Source of the DNA: Octopus bimaculoides
Taxonomy: Eukaryota
Assembly: GCF_001194135.2 (NCBI RefSeq)
Contig: NC_068995.1
Span: 28,956,734-29,020,733, forward strand
Length of the DNA stretch: 64,000 bases
Reading direction: 5' to 3'
This document shows, in pieces, positions 11,622 through 21,860 of this stretch (the first letter of the stretch is position 1; each line of letters starts with the position of its first letter). The notes under the pieces are model-generated. The model had not been told where the DNA came from. It saw nothing but the letters and a program-made list of their open reading frames with translations, and searched no databases. The position numbers and the translations under genes were made by a program.

Positions 11622-12103
11622 CACAGGGTATGTGTATTGCTAGTTCGTGAGTAGGCTGCGCTTATAGGCACAAGAGAATATATTCTCATCAATTCACCTG
11701 GTGCTATCGCGCTTATCTATGGCTTCCAAGTGTTTTATAACCAGGTAAATGGATGAAAAAAAAAACTTTTTACGCCTACCCACGAACTAGCATAACACAT
11801 GCTTTGTGTCTGTGTGTTCAATATTCTTTATACTCCTCGAGTTGTTTCTAATTCATATTTGAATTTTTTCCGTGGTGTGAAACACTGGAACATGTCAGCA
11901 GATGGTCCTTAGCTTACAGCGGGCCTCATTTCGGGTACGCGGTATTGACAAGTCACAAAAATGACGAAACATCAATGTCTACCGCTCCTGAATGGAAGCT
12001 TGTCTATGATTTTCAGGTGTTTTAACGCCAGTCGGTTTAATAAGAATTCTCTTATGCTTTAAAGCGCAGCTTACCCACGAACTAGCAAAACACATACCTA
12101 GTG
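11622..12103. mobile_element. non-autonomous TIR element (MITE), about 58-bp imperfect TIRs, TA on both flanks
   Basis: CACAGGGTATGTGTATTGCTAGTTCGTGAGTAGGCTGCGC..AAGAGAAT vs ATTCTCTT..GCGCAGCTTACCCACGAACTAGCAAAACACATACCTAGTG; a third partial copy of the TIR lies at about 11777-11800. Confidence 0.7.
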
Positions 12104-12109
12104 TATGTG

Positions 12110-12265
<156 letters not shown>

Positions 12266-12703
12266 TTAGAAACGTAGAAAAGAAAACAAAAACAATGAGA
12301 TGAAATATTCTCACACCCTATGTAAATATTAAAAAAAATGTATACTTGTTGGTGAAATGACTGAGACTACAAGGAAGTTGGACACAGATTGGTTATGTGC
12401 TGATGAAAATCTGTGAAGTAGATCCTCCCAACGGAAGGCAGCAACCGACCTACGTGTGTACTGCAGCTATTTTTGAGAGAGAAGGGGATGCATCAACAAA
12501 ATTTATATCAAATAAAATTGTTTGAAGGCCCTGACGCTTTACTGTGAGGCCTATAATTTATATATCTTGCCATCAACTACAACAATTAAATTGGTAAGTA
12601 AAATTAAATATTTGATATTCTTCAAATCACTCTTTTTTCGAGGTAATTTGTTACATTTATCAGCAAATCACAATGCAGTCCCTTAGCAGTAAATATGACT
12701 TAC

Positions 12704-12817
12704 GAATTTCCCCAACAAAGGCCTTGTACCGGTTTCATTAACATTAGGCGTCACCATAGCATGGATTTCACCAACTGAAGGCGGGCCCATGCTTTCTCCA
12801 GGCACGTACAAGAGCAG
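12704..12817 (-). other. candidate 114-nt internal exon, phase 0/0 (LLLYVPGESMGPPSVGEIHAMVTPNVNETGTRPLLGKF)
   Basis: CAG acceptor after an AG-free stretch of about 125 nt, GTAAGT donor, only one open frame, raised GC; weak polypyrimidine tract. Confidence 0.3.
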
Positions 12818-13124
12818 CTGTATCTCCCACGAATTCACACGCACAAACAGATACACAAAATACATACATAGAATAGCACATTTTATATAAAACATACGTG
12901 TGTTTATGTTCACCGTGAAGAGAGAAAACTAGTAGTCATTACAGCGTTGGGAACAGTAAATGCTTATCTCTACATTTATGACTGCTTGTAGTTAAAGTGA
13001 CTTTCCATGTTGGAGTGTTAATGTGGGACCCCCCGTTTAGAAACACATGTTGTAAACGCATCTGTTGTACGTGTTGAACTTTGCGTAGCACTCGCTTCTT
13101 GCTTTCTATTCCTATATGAATTGC

Positions 13125-13192
13125 TCACTCTCTCTCTCTTCCTCACTCTCTTCTTCACTCTCTTTCTCTCTCCCTCTTTCTCTCTCCCTCTT

Positions 13193-13261
<69 letters not shown>

Positions 13262-13285
13262 CTCTCTCTCTCTTTCTCTCTTCTC
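13125..13285. repeat. (CT)n-rich microsatellite
   Basis: direct reading. Confidence 0.95.
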
Positions 13286-13400
13286 TACTTTTATCACTCT
13301 TTCTCAACTGTCATTACATTTTTTTTACAGAATGAAGCATGTAGTTTTATATATATTTGCCTTCTCATACCGACACGTAGAATCATTGAGAATATCCACA

Positions 13401-13433
<33 letters not shown>

Positions 13434-14643
13434 GTGTGTGTGTATATTTATATATNNNNNNNNNNNNNNNNNNNNNNNNNNNNNNNNNNNNNNNNNNNNN
13501 NNNNNNNNNNNNNNNNNNNNNNNNNNNNNNNNNNNNNNNNNNNNNNNNNNNNNNNNNNNNNNNNNNNNNNNNNNNNNNNNNNNNNNNNNNNNNNNNNNNN
13601 NNNNNNNNNNNNNNNNNNNNNNNNNNNNNNNNNNNNNNNNNNNNNNNNNNNNNNNNNNNNNNNNNNNNNNNNNNNNNNNNNNNNNNNNNNNNNNNNNNNN
13701 NNNNNNNNNNNNNNNNNNNNNNNNNNNNNNNNNNNNNNNNNNNNNNNNNNNNNNNNNNNNNNNNNNNNNNNNNNNNNNNNNNNNNNNNNNNNNNNNNNNN
13801 NNNNNNNNNNNNNNNNNNNNNNNNNNNNNNNNNNNNNNNNNNNNNNNNNNNNNNNNNNNNNNNNNNNNNNNNNNNNNNNNNNNNNNNNNNNNNNNNNNNN
13901 NNNNNNNNNNNNNNNNNNNNNNNNNNNNNNNNNNNNNNNNNNNNNNNNNNNNNNNNNNNNNNNNNNNNNNNNNNNNNNNNNNNNNNNNNNNNNNNNNNNN
14001 NNNNNNNNNNNNNNNNNNNNNNNNNNNNNNNNNNNNNNNNNNNNNNNNNNNNNNNNNNNNNNNNNNNNNNNNNNNNNNNNNNNNNNNNNNNNNNNNNNNN
14101 NNNNNNNNNNNNNNNNNNNNNNNNNNNNNNNNNNNNNNNNNNNNNNNNNNNNNNNNNNNNNNNNNNNNNNNNNNNNNNNNNNNNNNNNNNNNNNNNNNNN
14201 NNNNNNNNNNNNNNNNNNNNNNNNNNNNNNNNNNNNNNNNNNNNNNNNNNNNNNNNNNNNNNNNNNNNNNNNNNNNNNNNNNNNNNNNNNNNNNNNNNNN
14301 NNNNNNNNNNNNNNNNNNNNNNNNNNNNNNNNNNNNNNNNNNNNNNNNNNATATATACATACATGTATGTACATACCTACATCTACATGTATATATAGAT
14401 GCATATCTGGGTACAGGACGTTGCAAAAAAACGTGGACAAAATGATAAAGAGATGCGCGCGCGACGCGCGTGTGTGTGCGTGCGTGTGCGTACGTGTGTA
14501 TGTCTGTGTGTTTGTGTATATTTATGTATGGATATGCGTGCTATGTATGGACACGGATATACATGTGTGTTTTTACGTGTGTGTCTATTTTTGTCTATAT
14601 GTATAAGTATGTTTTCCTCTCTTTCTATATACGTATATATGTA

Positions 14644-14795
14644 GGCGTGGCTGCGTTGTAAGAAGCTTGCTTCCCTATCACTTGATTCCGGTTCAGTCTC
14701 ACTGCATGGTACCTTGGCCAACTATCTTCCACTATAGCCGTGAGGCTACCAAACCTTTGTAAATGGATTTGGTAGACCGAAACTGAAAGAGGCCC

Positions 14796-14798
<3 letters not shown>
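14644..14798 (+). mobile_element. SINE family A, 5' half (tRNA-like head), ending in (CT)n
   Basis: A-box/B-box-like GTGGCTGCGTTG..GGTTCAGTCTC; GGATTTGGTAGACCGAAACTGAAAGAGGCCCGTC matches the 27412 copy. Confidence 0.85.
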
Positions 14799-14887
<89 letters not shown>

Positions 14888-14900
14888 TTCTCTTTCTCTC

Positions 14901-16145
14901 AAAGATACAAGGCTCCGTCTTTGGGGTGTGGGATGTAGTTAACACAGACAAATTCACATTTGGAACTTGAGAAAAGTTTTGCATATTTTTACTGTTCCAT
15001 TCACAGATTGCACTTGTGATGTAAAAATTAGCCGGTCGATTTCTCTTTCTGAAAACCCCAGTTTATCCAGATTCTCCTTTAAGCATTTACTAACAAAACC
15101 TAGTTCTTCAATTATTATTGGTATGAATATGAATTCATAGTCTGGATATAAATGCTGGAGGTTTTGAAACAGTTGTCCATATATATCTTCTTTTTCTTTG
15201 ACTTTCAAAAAGATATTTGTATTTGCAGGGCAGCTGGCCTCTATGACGGTACATACCTTTGCCCCTCTGTCCCAAACAACAATATATCTGGCCTGCTACG
15301 TTTACATTTGACAGAAGTTTTGATGGGAATATTCCATCAGTATGCCTTAAGTTGATGTTTATGAATGTATTCCATAACAGGGATTTTCTAAGTTTATTTA
15401 AAGATAGTCTTTTTGCGGATGGCATTGTAAATTGTAATTGGGCGGCAACATCGTGCTTCATAGAGAGGTAGTACCGTGACGACATTTTAGGACTGCTGTT
15501 AATCACATGCGTGATGTCTTCCACTCAAACATGACGTAGCCTACACATGTTGCATCTTGGGATTACAAGAGCGCTACTGTCTCTCTTGTTCATCAAATAC
15601 TTTGTCGCAATCGCCTGTTCCTGGATTGCAAATGCATAGCCTTGAAAGCTTGATGTGATGTAGTGGTCTTGTGTCCAAGAGAGGCTGCACTTTGTGTCAA
15701 TTCCACTGTCTTCTTCAGGCTTCATTTCTTAGGTAGAGCCTGTCAGCATCACTGTTTCTGTGGAAGTTCCCAGTTGTCAGGATTTTGCGGGTTTTGATAT
15801 CTATGGAGTGAATTTCCTCTACAAACCAATCAAATATTCCAAATGTTGGGATCAGCACGGTACTACAAATGCATTGTGGGATATTGTTTAGTTGTAAGAG
15901 GAGAGTTCCGACTGCCATATTTTCTTAAGTCTGGTGTAATATTTTCGTGTTACTCTATTTTTATTCACAGTGCCTTCATGTGATATATTTTCATCTATGC
16001 CGAGGTACTTGTAACATTCTGTGTAGAATGGGGGAGATAGAGAGACCGTTGACGCACAGGTTTCGAGGACTGACTTTCCTCGTTCTATAGCCAAATATGA
16101 ACATTTCTTTTGGCCAAATTCCGTGCCTATATCAGCTGAAAATTT
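14901..16145 (-). mobile_element. R4/Dong-like (RLE-type) non-LTR retrotransposon, 5'-truncated and decayed
   Basis: FSADIGTEFGQKKC..YKYLGIDE (RT end), GYAFAIQEQAIATKYL..CRL..EDITHVINS(C)PKMSSRYYL..HD (CCHC knuckle), KEDIYGQL..IPIII..LG..GTVKICKTFLKF* (RLE C-terminus). Confidence 0.88.
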
Positions 16146-16249
16146 TGTATGTATGTATGTATGTATGTATGTATGTATGTATGTATGTATGTATGTATGC
16201 ATGTGTATGTTTGCATATATATATATATATATATAAGATAAATCTAGCA

Positions 16250-17298
16250 GTACATGGTTATCTCAACTCATCAGTAAACTAACTCTTGATTCAACCCCTT
16301 ACACTTTCAAATGGTACATAATCACCCAAACCTAACAGCGGATATAACAACAAGTGTGATCTCTGCATAGCCGAGGTCATGGCTATTTTGCAATCCACGG
16401 ACTGTCTCAATGAACGCAGCAGTATAATATTCACTTGCAAACATCGGGTACTAAATCTATTCTCAAAGTACAAATAATTACAACTCCACCCTACTCTTGT
16501 CACCCCCTAACTCACATATATATTTCCTCCCACTCATCCACCCTCACTACCACTTTGTATTAAACAAACATCTTTCCCCCTTTTAATTCCTTGAACGTCA
16601 ATTACAAAAATCTCTCCGTATTTTTACTTACTATCGAAAATATTTTTCTTTCCTTTTATTTCAACTCCATTCACCCTCCTACCCCCTCCATCCGTAAGCA
16701 TACAAATACATACGCCTACATACACTTTCGCCACTTCATGCGTTCTTTTGTTTTTGTTTTTTCTTTTACCACTTACCTGCTAGTTTGTACCTTCGGCCAT
16801 AAAATCCCTTTGACTACCAGCTAGCCGGGCTTAAATTCATCACCCTACCTTGCTTTATTCATACACAATTTCTTTCTCCCCCACCTCCTAAAATATTTCT
16901 TCACCTCCCCTCCAATATATCTTTTCTTCAAGTGCCAGTCCCACTATTAAATTCTGTGATTCAACCAAAACTACTATATTATCTACTACCAGTCAACTGA
17001 CCTCGCCCAGTTTCTGCTTCCTCTCATTCCCTTATATTTTTCTTCTTTCTTCCCCTTTTCTAATACTTACTTCTCCCTACATCTATATACACACTATCAT
17101 ACTGTGCCCTCCACACATTCTGATTGAATCTTCTTTGCGTCAACATATACCTCCTTGCGACAATGTAACCTTTAAAATCTAATCAAGATATCCTTAGCCT
17201 GAAGAGTAGCCAACAGTGGACACCTCACTTGGATTTCACCGCTTCTGAGATTCCACTCGCTGTGAAACATATGTAGCCCGGATTTTTCTATTTCATTC
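16250..17298 (+). mobile_element. Penelope-like element 3' end (GIY-YIG C-terminus and pLTR)
   Basis: PYTFKWYII..NSGYNNKCDLCIAEVMAILQSTDCLNERSSIIFTCKHR; co-oriented HHR at 17197-17277; bounded by (TA)n and (CA)n. Confidence 0.82.
17197..17277 (+). ncRNA. minimal hammerhead ribozyme motif with enlarged stem II
   Basis: GC-CTGAAGA-GTAGC..AGTGGA..TCCACT..GCTGT-GAAAC-ATAT-GTA-GC; palindrome ACATATGT; GUA site; stem I only 2 bp. Confidence 0.65.
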
Positions 17299-17303
17299 CG
17301 TAA

Positions 17304-17381
<78 letters not shown>

Positions 17382-17386
17382 TACAC

Positions 17387-17417
<31 letters not shown>
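17299..17417. repeat. (CA)n microsatellite
   Basis: direct reading. Confidence 0.98.
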
Positions 17418-17423
<6 letters not shown>

Positions 17424-17829
17424 CAAAGGATAAAATTATTATTATAAAATTATAACAATAATATCAGGGGATAGCATTCTTTAAAACCGTACAGATAACA
17501 ATTAATATAAGTCTATAATCATATATAAAACTATATACAACTATAATGAAGGAAATTGGGAAAAGTACGAACATGCTAGAAATAGAACTCAAAACGACAG
17601 TGAACCACTTAAATTACTCATATGCATAAGTGAAAGCGAAGAAATGAGCGAAAACTAGAAGATTAGCGTACCTTTTGCGAATAAAATTCACAGGTAATAA
17701 AATGATGATTCCATATCGATCGCTTTTATATATATATATAGCTGAAATTTACAGAAAAACAAAAGACAAAGACAGGTGTATAAACAATAAACAGGTGTAT
17801 TACTTTAACGCTCGGGAAGATGAGAAAGT

Positions 17830-17865
17830 CTTTTACGTTTCGAGCTGACGCTCTTTGACAGAAAG
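17830..17865 (-). ncRNA. hammerhead-like fold with non-canonical left core
   Basis: minus strand CTTT-CTGTCAAA-GAGC-GTCA-GCTC-GAAA-CG-TA-AAAG: stems I and II perfect, CUGANGA replaced by CUGUCAAA. Confidence 0.45.
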
Positions 17866-17950
17866 GAACAAGAAGAAATAAACAGAGAGAATAAAAAATC
17901 TTTTGGAGCTAGCGGACAATCATGGCACATATATATATATATATATATAT

Positions 17951-18303
17951 ATATGGGTACAGGACGTCACCAACAATACAAATAACATACACACGAGCGA
18001 TAGATACAAGACGTAGACTGTAATTACAGGACAAAAACGAGTGAAATACGTAAACAACGAGAAAAAAGGAAACCAAGACAAGTCAACACAGAAAAAGGAC
18101 CCTTCATCAGTTGTCGGCTGTCTATCTACTCCTCCAGGCGACAACTGATGAAGGGTCCTTTTTCTATGTTAACTTGTCCTGTTTTCCATTTTTTCTCGTT
18201 GTTTACGTATTTCATTCGTTTTTGTCCTGCAATTACACTCTACGTCTTGTATCTATCTCTTGTGTGTATGTTATTTGCACCGTTGGTGACTCTATACCCA
18301 TAT
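17951..18303. repeat. long fold-back palindrome (about 165-bp arms, 22-nt loop) flanked by (TA)n
   Basis: 17951-18116 vs 18139-18303 roughly 90% reverse-complementary by eye. Confidence 0.92.
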
Positions 18304-18307
18304 ATGC

Positions 18308-18365
<58 letters not shown>

Positions 18366-19586
18366 AATAATAGAAACACCAAGCATCATAGCATCATAAT
18401 TTTGAAATATCTATGAAACCGTCAAAAGTGTGTTTATTTTTATGCTTTTTGATTTATTATTAGTGTTGCTTAATGTTTTGCTGAAATTGCTGTTTCTTTT
18501 CAGATATCATCAGAAAAAGGTAATTAAAATTCATTAAAATGTCAGATCTCGTATGGCAGTCGCTAGCGTAACGAAAACAGCCGAAATGTTTGGTGTATCA
18601 AGAAGTACTGTCTCGAAAGTAGTGATAGCCTTTGAGAAAGCGGGAAAAACCTCCTCGTTGAAACAAAACTCCGGAAGAAAATCCAAACTTTCAGACACGG
18701 ACCGTCGAATACTTACGCGAATTGTTAGAAAGGATCACAAAAGTACAGCTCCCAAAATTAGTGCAGAGCTTAACGATCACCTCGAGAATCCAGTTTCCAC
18801 AAAAACTGTTCGCCTGGAGCTGCACAAAGCCGGGAGTGCTGCAATCAGAAAACCACTACTTTCAAAAAACAAACGTTAAAAAGCGTTTAGAGTGGAGTAA
18901 AATCCTACAGAATTGGTCCCTAGAGCAGTGGAAGAATGTTATTTTCTAGGACAAGTCATCCTTTTCCTTATTTCTGACCACCGGCCGAGTATACGTGTGG
19001 AGATCGCCAAAAGAAGTATTTGACCCAGACTACCTTCTTCCAACTATTAAACATGGAGGAGGATCTGTGATAATCTGGGAGGTGAGGGTCATATCTTGGA
19101 AATCCGCCGGCCCAATGGTTTCCCTTCATGGCAAAATTAATGGTCAAGACTATTTAAGCATTTTATCTGATCAAATTTAGCCTATGGTTGCGGAACTGTT
19201 TTCGGAAGAAAACGCAATCTTTCAGAATGATAATTCACCAATTCACACAGCTAAAGTTGTTACTGAATGGCATACGGAACATTTTAGTGAAGCTGAACGA
19301 TTTATCTGGCCACCATAGTCCCTAGATCTCAATATTATTGAACATTTATGGTGCATTTTAGAAAAACAAGTAAGGAGTCGATATCCTCCTCCATCATCAC
19401 TACAAGAACTGGAGACTGTTTTAGCTGAAGAATAAACAAATATTCCTTTGGAAACAATTCAAACTTTGTGTGAGTCTATACCTCATAGAATTCAAGCTGT
19501 AATTACTGCCAAGCGCTGTCCTATTCCATATTAAAATTAATTTATTTGAAATTTTAAGGTGTTTCCATTATTTTGTCCAACCCCTG
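18366..19586 (+). mobile_element. Tc1-family DNA transposon with pseudogenised DD34E transposase
   Basis: HTH GRKSKLSDTDRRIL..VSTKTVR; WKNVIF*DKSSF; KHGGGSVIIW; FQNDNSPIH..LDLNIIEHLW; right TIR GGTGTTTCCATTATTTTGTCCAACCCCTG followed by TA (19558-19588); only AATAATAGAAACACC remains of the left TIR. Confidence 0.95.
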
Positions 19587-19673
19587 TATATATATATTAT
19601 ATTATATTATATTATATTATTTATTTACTTAATTGGACACGACACATCCATTCCCAAGTAAGTATATATATAT

Positions 19674-19960
19674 AATTAGAGAAGAAACCTTTACCATTTT
19701 TTAATGATATATATTTATATCCTTTATTAAAAATATCTAATATTTTAAAATACAATCTTCCACACATTTACGATTTAAGTTTGTATTTAGTGCAGAAAAA
19801 TCATATATATGTATATATATATATATATATGAATTTTCGGCACTAAATACAAACTTAAATCGTAAATGTGTGGAAGATGGTATTTTTAGAATATTAGATA
19901 TTTTTAATAAAGGATATAAATATATATCATTAAAGAATGGTAAAGGTTTCTTCTCTAATT
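19674..19960. repeat. fold-back palindrome centred on a (TA)n array (about 130-bp arms)
   Basis: 19674-19803 is the near-perfect reverse complement of 19829-19960, the truncated 5' end of the PLE RT. Confidence 0.92.
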
Positions 19961-21860
19961 GTCTTTATAAGGGACATTCTAATATAAGTAAAAGAAAGAT
20001 AAAAGAAATGATAAATTTTATTATTGATAATTCGTTTGTTATGTTTGCGGGTAAGGTGTTTGAGCAGGTTAGGGGAATTCCAATGGGTGGCAATTGTAGC
20101 ACTCTTTTGGTGGACCTTTATTTTTCTTAATGCAAGTTCCTTTTTCTTAAAGACTTATGTGCGAGGAAAAAGATTGATTTACTTCAACAACTTAATGGAT
20201 GCTGCAGATACATAGATGGTACATTTATACCTAATTATGGTTTCTTTGAATTTTTACTCAGAAGAATATACCCTAGTGAGCTTATACCCGCCAGAAATGG
20301 TAACAATATAAAGAATATTAATTATTTAGATATCAATTTAGTAATTAAGGATAATAATGAATTATGAACTGAAATGTGGCTTCAAAGCCATTGTTTAGTA
20401 GTAGAATTCCTTCTTTTATTGGTTATGGTGTTTTTGCAGGGTAAATAATCAGATATAGTATTATTATTAATAATGCTAAAAAATTTTAGTATAGAACAAA
20501 TAAACTGTTAAGATATTTAATAAAACAAAGGTATAGATATGGTAAATTGGTTAAAACTTTTAACCACCGTTTAGGTGGGAGACTTGAAATTTTAAATAAA
20601 TATGGAGTAGTATCTAGTCTTCAACTTAGCAAATATTTGTAAAGAGTTGGAATGTTTACGATTCAAATTATTTGCTTACTACGTCACCAACATTGTTTCA
20701 GACAATTGAGGAAGTAGTAATTACGTACTACGTCATCTATAGTTAAGATAATCTTTTGAGTTGTAGAAGTAATGGAACCATGTGGTTTGAAAAACAGGTG
20801 AGTATTAATACTTTGTAGTTTTATTGTCTTTTAATCAGTTTTAATTTAGCTTTAATCGTAGCAAAGTTTTATAGTAATAGTTAATTTCAAGTATACTTTT
20901 ATTAGTTCCTATTTAATAAATTTAATATTTCTACTAGTTACTGGTAAGTTTATCTCATAGCTTGTAAGGGTAATATATATTAAGAGCATGTCGTGTTTTT
21001 ATTATTAACTTTTGAATTATGAAATAATGATTTTCACGCATATTATTCGTTAAGTTCAATTCAATCGTGGTTTGTTTTGGTGAGAATTGAAACAAAGCTT
21101 TCACTTTCTTTTATTATAATCGTAACTATGGAAGATTGGTGGGATTATTATTTGTATAGACTCAAAGGTTGGTTGCTATTTAGTATATAATTTAATTATT
21201 GTAGGTTTACTATTAATACCAATACAGATGTAGATAGATTTATGTGTTTCTTGTAGTTTTATTTTAAAGTTAGTGTTTAATCCTACCTATATTTAAACTG
21301 GATACTGTTGTACATAGGGTGAATGTGTTTGAAAGTTGTGGGGATTTTTTGTATGTTTATTTCCAAACAGCACATCTTTTAGTGCTGTTGACACCGCAGG
21401 ATTGAATTGTACTGCCCAGGTGTCGAAACCATAATGATATCCGTGGGGCAGCTGATGATGGAGGTATGTTGGATTGTTGGTATGGCTGCTTTTGTATATG
21501 TGGAATAGTGTTATAACACATCCTTTTGACTTAGTAAGAGGAGGGATATAATATTCAGACAGATACCGAATTTCTCTATAAGCTGAGAAAAAAGCTCATC
21601 GATGAAAGGTCATGGTTTACTACTATTATCAAGCCTAATTCAAACTAATAACGGAGGAAAATTTCTCTTTAAACAATGTCATTTTTATATATCCTGAAGA
21701 GATTGTACTAATAATGCATTGATCGCTGCATATAAATATGCAACAATATGCAATTAGTACAATCGAAACACGCGTCGGACAATTATTATGAATAAACTAA
21801 CTGGAAATAAACATAAAGTTTGAATGTTCAAACTCTTCATTCTTGTTATTTTCAATATAT
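19831..21860 (+). mobile_element. Naiad-type Penelope-like element, 5'-truncated: RT C-terminal half without C-terminal endonuclease, about 1-kb 3' region with HHR
   Basis: FEQVRGIPMGGNCSTLLVDLY, RYIDG, IYPSEL, NYLDI, SRIPSFIGYGVFAG*IIRY..LLRYLIKQRY..KYGV..* ending at 20642; HHR at 21691-21780. Confidence 0.8.
21691..21780 (+). ncRNA. minimal hammerhead ribozyme with perfect 12-bp stem II and structured 40-nt loop
   Basis: ATC-CTGAAGA-GATTGTACTAAT-(40 nt)-ATTAGTACAATC-GAAAC-ACGC-GTC-GGAC; palindrome ACGCGT; GUC site at 21774-21776; weak stem I. Confidence 0.8.

Noticed and set aside
20642-21690. SECIS element expected in some Naiad 3' regions
   Set aside because: No convincing AUGA/GA quartet with a paired helix found by eye; needs a computational search.
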